From Mobula hypostoma (taxonomy: Eukaryota), in contig NC_086097.1 of the NCBI RefSeq assembly GCF_963921235.1, forward strand, positions 233,246,001 to 233,310,000: DNA of 64,000 nt, written 5' to 3'. Shown in pieces: positions 1-10,647 of this stretch. The translations under genes and the position numbers were made by a program. The notes beneath the pieces are model-generated. The model had not been told where the DNA came from and searched no databases. It saw only the letters and a program-made list of their open reading frames with translations. Position 1 is the stretch's first letter; the number at the start of each line of letters is the position of its first letter.

Positions 1-555
1 GTCAAAGGTTTCTGTTATATTTTCTACTTCTAATTTGGAAACAAGAACTGATGAGTAACCAGAACGTGACAGAAAACAGAGATAATAAATACAGTGTGAA
101 AATATTTAACAATGCATGGCATGGATGAAATGTAACACTTATTAACTGAAGGAATAATATTTGCCCTTGTATTCATGAATTTATATGTTTTTTCTTAAGG
201 CGAAAAATTTTCCATCAAATCACCCACCATGGTGTCAAAATCCTTCTTCTGTAAACATGAAAATAGAACTTCAACTGGATCAGCTGTTAAATTGAAGCAC
301 TACCTGACCTGCAGAAACAATGTTTTTTTTTATGGTACATGTAACCAATAAATATTTGTAAATTGTTTTGTGCTCAGACTGCTGATTTGGTTATTTTCAC
401 ACAGAGACTGGAGGGAGAAATTATAATCTGAATTTTGTGTCTTTCACTGCTTATCCTGCTGCGAAGGGAAATATATCTTATTATAATAATTTTCCAAATT
501 AAATTTACAAAGAATTTCACTTTTGTCAATCAAAAAGTTTAACGTAAGAAATATA

Positions 556-1020
556 CGAGGGGTGATTGATAAGTTAGTGGCCTAAGGTAGACAGTCAATT
601 TTAGAAAACTGAACACATTTATTTTTCAACATAGTTCCCTCCTACATTTACACACTTAGTCCAGCAGTTGTGGAGCATACGGATCTTGGACCTCCAGAAA
701 GTGTCCCCAGCAGGGGTGATTGATAAGTTCGAGGCCTAAGGTAGAAGGAGATGAGCTACACGGCTCTCGTAACATGCACATGCAGTTAAACCCTTTGAGT
801 GATTATGCAGAAAGTTTGGAGTTAATAACTCATCAGCGGTCACGAACTTATCAGTCAACCCTGCTGTGGACACTTTCTGGAGGTCCAAAATCCGTATGCT
901 CCACGACCGCTGGACTAAGTGTGTAAATGTAGGAAGGGACTATGTTGAAAAATAAATGTGCTAGGTTTTCTAAAACTGACTCCTTCTACCTTAGGCCAGT
1001 AACTTATCAATCACCCCTCG
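556..1020. mobile_element. Mariner-derived palindromic MITE (foldback)
   Basis: Starts CGAGGGGTGATTGATAAGTT and ends AACTTATCAATCACCCCTCG, with TA on both sides (554-555, 1021-1022). Inverted arms are ~175 bp. The right arm reads IRMLHDRWTKCVNVGRDYVEK*, a mariner transposase C-terminus. Confidence 0.85.
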
Positions 1021-1044
1021 TATAGGTGGGCACTGACACTTATT

Positions 1045-1792
1045 GTCAGGATGTACCTAATAAAGTGGCCACTGAGCATATATTCATGATTATCTGCTGC
1101 AATAGCCTATGTGTTTTTGTCATATGCTTTTCAGATCAGCGTGGGGAGCCAGAGAGCAGCAGGTCTTGGTGTTCTGATGCACCTGAACACCATTGACTTG
1201 TTTTAATTAGAACTCATTAAGTGACTGGTTCAGTTGTTAAGTTTTCCTTGTGTTTTTCATGCTTCTTGCTTTTTCTGAATGCAGGTTCCTTGTGCATCCT
1301 GTTTTTGGTTTATTGAGGTTTGGTTATAATATCACAGAAATGCTGCTCACTGGATTTTTTTCATAGTTTTTCACACCAGTCTCTGTAAATCCTGGCGACT
1401 GTTGTGTGTGGAAATCTCAGCAGATCAGCTGTTTCTAGGATACTCACACCACCCCATCTGGCACCAACAATCATTCACTTAGGTCACATTTCTTCTTCAT
1501 TCTGAAGCTTTGTCTGAATGACAACTAAACCTCCTGGCAACACACACAGTGCTGGAGGAACGCAGCAGGCCAGGCAGCATTCATGGAAAAGAGTAAACAG
1601 TTGATGTTTTGGGATGAGACCCTTTATCAAGACTGGAAAAAAATATGAGCAGTTAGAGCAAGAAGGTAGGGGAAACTGAACCTCTTAACCATGCCTGTAT
1701 GTTTTTATTCATTGAGTTGCTGCCAAATGATTGGCTGATCTGCTGATTGTATTAGTGAGCAGGTGTATCTAATAAGGTGGCCACTGAATGCA
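1045..1792. mobile_element. Tc1-like non-autonomous DNA transposon remnant
   Basis: TIR-like motif GTACCTAATAAAGTGGCCACTGAG at ~1053-1077 and a diverged copy at ~1762-1790. Interrupted by a Penelope repeat at ~1540-1675. Confidence 0.5.
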
Positions 1793-2312
1793 ATTTTATT
1801 GTGCATAACTTGTATTAACAAAGAACTTGCCCTATATCAATGACAATACATTACTGACAAATGTTTTTTAAACTATAATTTCTTTGTTAAAAGTGTGACG
1901 ACAGTATAGTGAGGGGATAATGTCAATATGAATTTAATCATTGGCCGGAACTCCTATACTCACTTGGTCGGGCACAAGGAGTGCTGGTTTCATGTCTTGT
2001 CAAAAAGCACTATCTCACAGACTGCAGTATTCTCTCAGTATGCTCATATAGCATGCCTACAATTTACTCACCCTAATAGATATATCTTTGGAAAGTGGGA
2101 AGAAACCAGAACACTTGGAGGAAACCAACACTTTCACTGGAAGCACTTCCTTACAGAACAGCAGTGGAACCGAGCCCAGGTTGCTGGTGCTTTGATAGTC
2201 TTACATGAACCACTCTGCTACCAAGCCACCTGTGCTGCTCAAAAATTACCGAGCATCATTGTTCGAAGTACAAATTAAATTTACTATGAAAGTACTTATA
2301 TGGAAGTATGGA

Positions 2313-2990
2313 AGAGGGGAGGAGAAAATGGCGGCGTGATGCAGCGCGCGCGGCCGCTCCAAAATGATATCGGTATTTGTTAAGTAGGTACCGTGCACAA
2401 TCCTGATTTGATGGCGACAGACGTGCGAAGCACGGAGGAACATCTGGAGAAACTTCTGAAATGCCCGCTTCACTGCCACTGCTACTGTGCGATCAAGAAT
2501 CTCCGGAGGAGAAGGCCCCAAATCCTCGGCTTTGCCTATTGCCTGTTGCCGGGGTCGAAGCGCTCGGCAGATATGGTGCTCGGTGCTCGGTGTCGGAGGG
2601 CTGGTCGGAGGCTCGAAGTTTTCCGACGGACTCAAAAGTCGGCTGTGGTTGGGTGTTGCATCAGCAAGTTTGCAGCGCTGTAGGTTCATGGCAGGGAGAG
2701 GTTTTCTTCCTTCTACCGTCTGCGTGAGATGATGGGATTTTCGAGAGACTTTGAGACTTTTTTTTACCGTGCCCACGGTCTGTTCTTTATCAAATTACGA
2801 TATTGCTTTGCACTGTTGTAACTATATGTTATAACTATGTGGTTTTTGTCAGTTTTTTTAGTCTTGGTTTGTCTTGTGTTTCAGTGATATCATTCTGGAG
2901 GAACATTGCATCATTTCTTAATGCATGCATTACTAAATGACAATAAAAGAGGACTGCGTGTCGTCATAATCTAATCTAATCTAATCTAAT
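2313..2990 (+). mobile_element. Non-autonomous LINE-derived retroelement (~680 bp) with (AATCT)n tail
   Basis: CpG-rich head GAGGGGAGGAGAAAATGGCGGCG, AATAAA, then (CTAAT)n tail. Possible ATATG TSD (2298-2302 / 2989-2993). Second copy at 10016-10647. Confidence 0.75.
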
Positions 2991-4001
2991 ATGTCACCAT
3001 GTACAATTCTGACATTCATTTTCTCGCAGGCATTCAGAGTAGAACAAAGAAATACAAAAGAATCACTGAAAAACTATACATGCAGACTGACAAACAGCCA
3101 ATGTGCAAAAGAAGACAATCTATGCAAAAGTAAATAAATATACGAATAATTCTGATAACATGAGTTGTAGAACCATTGAAAGAGAGTCCATAGGTTGTGG
3201 AATGAGATCAAATTTGAGATGAGTGAAGCCATTGTAGTTGAAATTATACTTCATATCAAGTATTTACTTTTTAAATGATTCACCTCAGGTATTTTGCCAC
3301 TTCTGTGTCAGAGCCAAAGGTTCTTCTCTGTCCCATAAATTGAATTATTAATTTTCTTTAATTTTATGAATATTAAGTGCTCACTATTTTTACCCAAAGA
3401 GTACAGCCATGTCAGCAGTGTGTGTCTTTGGATACTAAGAGATCTCCTGTCGTTTTCTAGCAGTAGGATGTATGCTGTAATTACCTGACCTCTGGCTGTG
3501 ATTTATATGAACCTTTGTTTTACTTGAATTACACTCTTTCATCTTGCACTAAACTTGTATGGATTCCAAACTTTATTTTATCTGACCAGAATTTGATTTT
3601 TCTCCTTCACTATTCCAAGGTAATTTATCTGATGTATAGGAAATAACACTGAAATTCCTTTGAGAATTCATCAAGTCCGTATAAGATGAAGGAGAAGGAA
3701 GGGTTTACAGCCAGGCCCAGAATCAGATGCATGCCAATTGTCTTTATATTTCTCTTCAGTAGTATTACATCCAGCAGCTCTTTTTTTGGCTCATGTTCAG
3801 TGTGTTCAATCTTTTGGGATTGTCCTATTATGTAAAAGGTCTTACTTTAATGGAATTAGACTGTCTGCAATATGATGGGTGATAAAAGACAGCAGCATGC
3901 CATATAGAAACATAGAAACATAGAAAATAGGTGCAGGAGTAGGCCATTCGGCCCTTTGAGCCTGCACCGCCATTTATTATGATCATGGCTGATCATCCAA
4001 C

Positions 4002-7000
4002 TCAGAACCCAGCCTTCCCTCCATACCCCCTGACCCCTGTAGCCACAAGGGCCATATCTAACTTCCTTTTAAACATAGCTAATGAACTGGCCTCAACAGT
4101 TTGCTGTGGCAGAGAATTCCACAGATTCACCACTCTCTGTGTGAAGAAGTTTTTCCTAACCTCGGTCCTAAAAGGCTTCCCCTCTATCCTCAAACTGTGA
4201 CCCCTCGTTCTAGACCTCCCCAACATCGGGAACAATCTTCCTGCATCTAGCCTGTCCAATCCCTTTAGGATCTTATACGTTTCAATCAGATCCCCCCTCA
4301 ATCTTCTAAATTCCAACGAGTACAAGCCCAGTTCATCCAGTCTTTCTTCATATGAAAGACCTGCCATCCCAGGAATCAATCTGGTGAACCTTCTTTGTAC
4401 TCCCTCTATGGCAAAGATGTCTTTCCTCAGATTAGGGGACCAAAACTGCACACAATACTCCAGGTGTGGTCTCACCAAGGCCTTGTACAACTGCAGTAGT
4501 ACCTCCCTGCTCCTGTACTCGAATCCTCTCGCTATAAATGCCAGCATACCGTTCGCCTTTTTCACCGCCTGCTGTACCTGCATGCCCACTTTCAATGACT
4601 GGTGTATAATGACACCCAGGTCTCGTTGCACCTCCCCTTTTCCTAATCGGCCACCATTCAGATAATAATCTGTTTTCCTATTTTTGCCACCAAAGTGGAT
4701 AACTTCACATTTATCCACATTAAATTGCATCTGCCATGAGTTTGCCCACTCACCCAACCTATCCAAGTCACCCTGCATCCTCTTAGCATCCTCCTCACTG
4801 CTAACACTGCCACCCAGCTTCGTGTCATCCGCAAACTTGGAGATGCTGCATTTAATTCCCTCATCCAAGTCATTAATATATATTGTAAACAACTGGGGTC
4901 CCAGCACTGAGCCTTGCGGTACCCCACTAGTCACCGCCTGCCATTCTGAAAAGGTCCCGTTTATTCCCACTCTTTGCTTCCTGTCTGCTAACCAATTCTC
5001 CACCCACACCAATACCTTACCCCCAATACCGTGTGCTTTAAGTTTGCACACTAATCTCCTATGTGGGACCTTGTCAAAAGCCTTTTGAAAATCCAAATAT
5101 ACCACATCCACTGGTTCTCCCCTATCCACTCTACTAGTTACATCCTCAAAAAATTCTATGAGATTCGTCAGACATGATTTTCCTTTCACAAATCCATGCT
5201 GACTTTGTCCGATCATTTCACCGCTTTCCAAATGTGCTGTTATCACATCCTTGATAACTGACTCCAGCAGTTTCCCCACCACCGACGTTAGGCTAACCGG
5301 CCTATAATTCCCCGGTTTCTCTCTCCCTCCTTTTTTAAAAAGTGGGGTTACATTAGCCACCCTCCAATCCTCAGGAACTAGTCCAGAATCTAACGAGTTT
5401 TGAAAAATTATCACTAATGCATCCACTATTTCTTGGGCCACTTCCTTAAGCACTCTGGGATGCAGACCATCTGGCCCTGGGGATTTATCTGCCTTCAATC
5501 CCTTCAATTTACCTAACACCACTTCCCTACTAACATGTATTTCGCTCAGTTCCTCCATCTCACTGGACCCTCTGTCCCTTACTATTTCTGGAAGATTATT
5601 TATGTCCTCCTTAGTGAAGACAGAACCAAAGTAATTATTCAATTGGTCTGCCATGTCCTTGCTCCCCATAATCAATTCACCTGTTTCTGTTTGCAGGGGA
5701 CCTACATTTGTCTTTATCAGTCTTTTCCTTTTTACATATCTATAAAAGCTTTTACAGTCCGTTTTTATGTTCTCTGCCAGTTTTCTCTCATAATCTTTTT
5801 TCCCCTTCCTAATTAAGCCCTTTGTCCTCCTCTGCTGAACTCTGAATTTCTCCCAGTCCTCAGGTGAGCCACTTTCTCTGGCTAATTTGTATGCTACTTC
5901 TTTGGAATTGATACTATCCCTAATTTCTCTTGTCAGCCACGGGTGCACTACCTTCCTTGATTTATTCTTTTGCCAAACTGGGATGAACAATTGTTGTAGT
6001 TCATCCATGCAACCTTTAAATGCCTGCCATTGCATATCCACCGTCAATCCTTGAAGTGTCATTTGCCAGTCTATCTTAGCTAATTCATGTCTCATACCTT
6101 CAAAGTTACCCCTCTTTAAGTTCAGAACCTTTGTTTCTGAATTAACTACGTCACTCTCCATGTTAATGAAGAATTCCACCATATTATGGTCACTCTTACC
6201 CAAGGGGCCTCTCACGACAAGATCGCTAATTAACCCTTCCTCATTGCTCAAAACCCAGTCCAGAATAGCCTGCTCTCTAGTCGGTTCCTCGACATGTTGG
6301 TTCAAAAAACCATCCCGCATACATTCCAAGAAATCCTCTTCCTCAGCACCTTTACCAATTTGGTTCACCCAGTCTACATGTAGATTGAAGTCACCCATTA
6401 TAACTGCTGTTCCTTTATTGCACACATTTCTAATTTCCTGTTTAATACCATCTCCGACCTCACTACTACTGTTAGGTGGCCTGTACACAACTCCCACCAG
6501 CGTCTTCTGCCCCTTAGTGTTACGCAGCTCTACCCATATCGATTCCACATCTTCCCGGCTTATGTCCTTCCTTTCTATTGCGTTAATCTCTTTTTTAACC
6601 AGCAACGCCACCCCACCTCCCCTTCCTTCGTGTCTATCCCTCCTGAATATTGAATATCCCTGAACGTTGAGCTCCCATCCCTGGTCACCCTGGAGCCATG
6701 TCTCTGTGATCCCAACTATATCATAATCATTAATAACAATCTGCACTTTCAATTCATCCACCTTATTACGAATGCTCCTTGCATTGACACATAAAGCCTT
6801 CAGGCACTCTTTTACAACTCTCTTAGCCCTTTTTAATGCTTGCCCTGGATTTGTCGGCCTGCCACTTTTACTTTTCCCCTTTGTACTTTTTGCTTCTACG
6901 CTCACTTTACACCCCTCTGTCTCTCTGCACTGGTTCCCATCCCTCTGTTGTGAACTAACCTCCTCACACCTAGCCGCTTTAATTTGATTCCCACCCCCCA

Positions 7001-7022
7001 ACCATTCTAGTTTAAAGTCACC
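4002..7022 (-). CDS. CR1 ORF2: APE endonuclease + reverse transcriptase (uninterrupted, no AUG start)
   Basis: Endonuclease motifs NARS, GITETW, MGDFN, SDH. RT motifs YRPVSLTS, LDFQKAFDKV, GVPQGSVLGP, KFADD. Frame is open from 7022 (TGA at 7025-7023); the ORF track starts it at TTG 7001. Confidence 0.95.
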   Translation of the reverse strand, partial: GDFKLEWLGGGNQIKAARCEEVSSQQRDGNQCRETEGCKVSVEAKSTKGKSKSGRPTNPGQALKRAKRVVKECLKALCVNARSIRNKVDELKVQIVINDYDIVGITETWLQGDQGWELNVQGYSIFRRDRHEGRGGGVALLVKKEINAIERKDISREDVESIWVELRNTKGQKTLVGVVYRPPNSSSEVGDGIKQEIRNVCNKGTAVIMGDFNLHVDWVNQIGKGAEEEDFLECMRDGFLNQHVEEPTREQAILDWVLSNEEGLISDLVVRGPLGKSDHNMVEFFINMESDVVNSETKVLNLKRGNFEGMRHELAKIDWQMTLQGLTVDMQWQAFKGCMDELQQLFIPVWQKNKSRKVVHPWLTREIRDSINSKEVAYKLARESGSPEDWEKFRVQQRRTKGLIRKGKKDYERKLAENIKTDCKSFYRYVKRKRLIKTNVGPLQTETGELIMGSKDMADQLNNYFGSVFTKEDINNLPEIVRDRGSSEMEELSEIHVSREVVLGKLKGLKADKSPGPDGLHPRVLKEVAQEIVDALVIIFQNSLDSGLVPEDWRVANVTPLFKKGGREKPGNYRPVSLTSVVGKLLESVIKDVITAHLESGEMIGQSQHGFVKGKSCLTNLIEFFEDVTSRVDRGEPVDVVYLDFQKAFDKVPHRRLVCKLKAHGIGGKVLVWVENWLADRKQRVGINGTFSEWQAVTSGVPQGSVLGPQLFTIYINDLDEGIKCSISKFADDTKLGGSVSSEEDAKRMQGDLDRLGEWANSWQMQFNVDKCEVIHFGGKNRKTDYYLNGGRLGKGEVQRDLGVIIHQSLKVGMQVQQAVKKANGMLAFIARGFEYRSREVLLQLYKALVRPHLEYCVQFWSPNLRKDIFAIEGVQRRFTRLIPGMAGLSYEERLDELGLYSLEFRRLRGDLIETYKILKGLDRLDAGRLFPMLGRSRTRGHSLRIEGKPFRTEVRKNFFTQRVVNLWNSLPQQTVEASSLAMFKRKLDMALVATGVRGYGGKAGF

Positions 7023-7448
7023 TCAATAGCCCCCGCTAATCTCCCTGCCAGGATATTGGTCCCCCGAGGATTTAAGTGTAACCCGTCCTTTTTGTACAGG
7101 TCACACCTGCGCCAAAAGAGGTCCCAATGATCCAAAAACTTGAATCCCTGCCCCCTGCTCCAATCCCTCAGCCACGCATTTATCCTCCACCTCATCGCAT
7201 TCCTACTCTCACTGTCGCGTGGCACAGGCAGTAATCCCGAGATTACTACCTTTGCGGTCCTTTTTCTCAACTCCCTTCCTAGCTCCCTATATTCTTCTTT
7301 CAGGACCTCATCCCTTTTCCTACCTATGTCATTGGTACCTATATGTACCAGGACCTCTGGCTCTTCACCCTCCCACTTCAGGATATCTTGGACACGATCA
7401 GAAATATCCCGGACCCTGGCACCAGGGAGGCAAACTACCATCCGAGTC
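7007..7448 (-). CDS. CR1 ORF1 C-terminal SGNH/GDSL esterase-like domain (5'-truncated)
   Basis: Motifs CLPGA, VHIGTND, DGLHLN, typical of the vertebrate CR1 ORF1 esterase. Confidence 0.9.
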
Positions 7449-7451
7449 AAG

Positions 7452-7925
7452 AGTGCCTAAGACTTTTGCACAACACTGTAACTGTCACAACACTGTATTT
7501 GTGTAGAGCAGAGAGCGAGTTTGTCAATCTGGTGGGAGCAAAGGATGTTGGGGATAGCAAGGATGGAGAGATGGGAGAGATGGCAGAGAAGGAGCGCCGA
7601 GTGACAGGGGCAGGGATTGGTGCGGGTGCAGCCACATCCAGCTCTGAGATACCAGGTAAAGTCATCTGATTCCAAACAACTGGTTTATTTATCATTACAG
7701 AATGTCTCTCTGGTACCTTCAGCTCTCTCTCCTCTCCCTTCCCCTTTTCCCAACCATGATTCCCCTCTCCCTGGCCCTTTCCATTTTCAGTCCACAGTAG
7801 AGACCCATATCAAAATCAGGTTTATCATCATTCACATATGTTAGGAAATTTGTTTTTTTTTGCAGCAGCAGTACAGTGCAATACATAAAATTACTACAGT
7901 ACTGTGAAAAGTCTTAGGGACCCTA
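7452..7925. repeat. Interspersed repeat bounded by outward-facing ~28-bp inverted motifs
   Basis: AGTGCCTAAGACTTTTGCACAACACTGTA (7452-7480) versus TACAGTACTGTGAAAAGTCTTAGGGAC (7896-7921). Confidence 0.5.
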
Positions 7926-8139
7926 ACTCTCTCTCTCTCCAATATGTGTGTTTTCTGTAGCAGCTACTCGAACAAACCAACACCATCTAGAGACTAAGTA
8001 TGGGGAGGGATTAATTCTGATTGACACGTCTTCCATAGATTCCAATAATAACAATGTTCGAAGTGAAAGAAATGTATTTAATCCTTTATTATGAAACTAG
8101 CAAAATGAACAATCTTGAAGTGTTAAAATTACTTCAAGA

Positions 8140-8652
8140 TTGTTCAAGAAGCTGCAGAAGGTTGTAAATCTAGTCAGCTCCATCTTGGGCAATAGCCTAC
8201 AAAGTACCCAGGACATCTTCAGGGAGCGGTGTCTCAGAAAGGCAGTGTCCATTATTAAGGACCTCCAGCACCCAAGACATGCACTTTTCTCACTGTTACC
8301 ATCAGATAGGAGGTACAGAAGCCTGAAGGCACACACTCAGCGATTCAGGAACAGCTTCTTCCCCTCTGCCATCCAATTCCTAAATGGACATTGAAGCTTT
8401 GGACAGTACCTCACTTTTTTTTAAGTATACAGTATTTCCATTTTTGCATATTTTTAAAAATCTATTCAATACATGTAATTGATTTACTTGTTTATTTATT
8501 ATTATGTTTTATTTTATTTATTATGATTATTTTTTTCTCTCTCTCTGCTGGATTATGTATTACATTGAACTGCTGCTGCTATATTAACAAATTTCACTTC
8601 ACATGCTGGTGATATAAAACCTGATTCTGATTCTGATTCCGATTCTGATTCT
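8140..8652 (+). mobile_element. Rex1/Babar-like LINE 3' fragment, (TTCTGA)n tail
   Basis: ORF ...HPRHALFSLLPSDRRYRSLKAHTQRFRNSFFPSAI, a Rex-type RT C-terminus. Related copies at 40565-42190 and 55520-56190. Confidence 0.75.
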
Positions 8653-9298
8653 AAAGCAAAACTAACAAAATCAAACAAAGTTAAACACAAGTAGTTAACA
8701 AAATTAAAGGGCCTGAAAAGTCAACTGTACTCAGTTCCATAGGTGCTGCTCGGCCTGCTGAGTTCCTCCAGCATTTTGTGTGTGTTACATAATTAGAACT
8801 CTTCGCTTCTACCATGCCCCCACCCACGTGACTAATGACCATAATAAACACACAACACAGAATACAATGCGGATTGAAAAAAGGTGTATGGCTCCTACAC
8901 CTTCCATGGTTACCACTGTACTTTCTGAATTAAAACGTATTAGATTATTAGTTGCTAACTTGCCAATTGGCTATTGGGATTTAATGTTCTAGTTAGAAGA
9001 GTGGGCTGAAAGATGGCAGATGGAGTTTAATGCTGATAAATGTGAGGTGCTACATTTTGGTAGGACTAATCAAAATAGGACATACATGGTAAATGGTAGG
9101 GCATTGAAGAATGCAGTAGAACAGAGGAATCTAGGAATAATGGTGCATAGTTCCCTGAAGGTGGAATCTCATGTGGCTAGGGTGGTGAAGAAAGCTTTTG
9201 GTATGCTGGCCTTCATAAATCAGAGCATTGAGTATAGGAGTTAGGATGTAATGTTGAAATTGTACAAGGCATTGGTGAGGCCAAATTTGGAGTATTGT

Positions 9299-9994
9299 GG
9301 TATCTCGGGGTACAAGTCCACAGATCCCTAAAAGTTGCCTCACAGGTGGATAGGGTAGTTAAGAAAGCTTCTGGGGTGTTAGCTTTCATAAGTCGAGGGA
9401 TAGAGTTTAAGAGTCGCGATGTAATGATGCAGCTCTATAAATTCTGGTTAGGCCACACTTGGAGTACTGTGTCCAGTTCTGGTCACCTCTCTATGGGAAG
9501 GATGTGGAAGCATTGGAAAGGGTACTGAGGAGATTTACCAGGATGCTGCCTGGTTTAGAAAGTATGCATTATGATCAGAGATTAAGGGAGCTAGGGCTTT
9601 ACTCTTTGGAGAGAAGGAGGATGAGAGGAGACATGATAGAGGTGTACAAGATAATAAGAGGAATAGATAGAGTGGATAGCCAGCACCTCTTCCCCAGGGC
9701 ACCACTGCTCAATACAAGAGGACATGGCTTTAAGGTAAGGGGTGGGAAGTTCAAGGGGGATATTAGAGGAAGGTTTTTTTACTCAGAGAATGGTTGGTGC
9801 GTGGAATGCACTGCCTGAGTCAGTGGTGGAGGCAGATACACTAGTGAAGTTTAAGAGACTACTAGACAGGTATATGGAGGAATCTAAGGTGGGGGCTTAT
9901 ATGGGAGGCAGGGTTTGAGGGTCGGCACAACATTGTGGGCCGAAGGGCCTGTACTGTGCTGTACTATTCTATGTTCTATGTTCTATGTTCTATG
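9299..9994 (+). mobile_element. CR1 3' fragment of a second subfamily, nested
   Basis: YLGVQVHRSLKV...EYCVQFWSP ORFs and (TTCTATG)n tail. Splits the host sequence GAGTATTGTG|TACAGTTTTGG. Confidence 0.85.
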
Positions 9995-10015
9995 TGTACA
10001 GTTTTGGTCACCGAA

Positions 10016-10647
10016 TTAGATTAGATTAGATTATGAGGACACGCCGCCCTCTTTTATTGCTATTTAGTAATGCATACATTAAGAAATGATACAATATTCC
10101 TTCGGTGTGATATCATAGAAACACAGGACAGAACAAGACTGAAAAACTGACAAAAATCACATAATTATAACATATAGTTACAACAGTGCAAGCAATACCG
10201 TAACTTGATGAAGAGGCCGTGAGCATGGTAAAAAGTTCAAAGTCTCTCGAAAGTCCCACATCTCACACAGATGGGAAAAGGAAGAAAACTCTCCCTGACA
10301 TACCCGACCACAGTCCGACTCTGAGACATCCGAATACTTTGAGCTCCGACCAGCTCTCCAACACCGAGTACTGAGCACCACCTCTGCCAAACGCTTCGAC
10401 CCCAGCCCCGGTCGCCAGCAGCAGGCAAAGCCAAGGATTTTGGGGCCTTCCCTCCGGAGATGCTCGATCGCACAATAGCAGTGGCAGCGAACCGGGCATT
10501 TCAGAAGTTACTCCAGATGTTCCTCCGTGCTCTCATGGCTGTCTCCATCAAATCAGAATTGTGCACGGCCCCTATTTAACAGATACGATATCATTTCACT
10601 GGAGAGGCTACGTGCGCTGCATCGCGCTGCCATCTTCTCCTCCCTCC
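10016..10647 (-). mobile_element. Second copy of the non-autonomous (AATCT)n-tailed retroelement
   Basis: Reverse complement is similar to 2313-2990 over its full length. Splits the host CR1 at CCGAATTA|TAGGAAAG. Confidence 0.8.

Larger units (their letters stand above)
3903..7448 (-). mobile_element. CR1-clade LINE, young, 5'-truncated within ORF1
   Basis: (TTTCTATG)n tail at 3903-3926, CR1-type 3' UTR, intact ORF2 and C-terminal part of esterase-type ORF1. Confidence 0.95.

Noticed and set aside
228..248. Possible 21-nt minus-strand micro-exon (tttacag|AAGAAGGATTTTGACACCATG|gtgggt, KKDFDTM)
   Set aside because: Splice signals are plausible, but the peptide is not recognisable and no partner exons are seen. 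Needs RNA-seq.
2246..2776. 176-aa ORF and overlapping ORFs in the YY1-headed repeat
   Set aside because: GC-rich repeat; frames are not kept full-length in the second copy and no domain is recognisable.
4384..6987. Several plus-strand ORFs up to 167 aa
   Set aside because: Antisense shadows of CR1 ORF2; the same applies to 61770-63481 on the minus strand.
6979..7005. ATG one nt after the ORF1 stop as the ORF2 start
   Set aside because: It is out of frame with ORF2 (MVGGWESN*) and absent at the equivalent position in the other copies.
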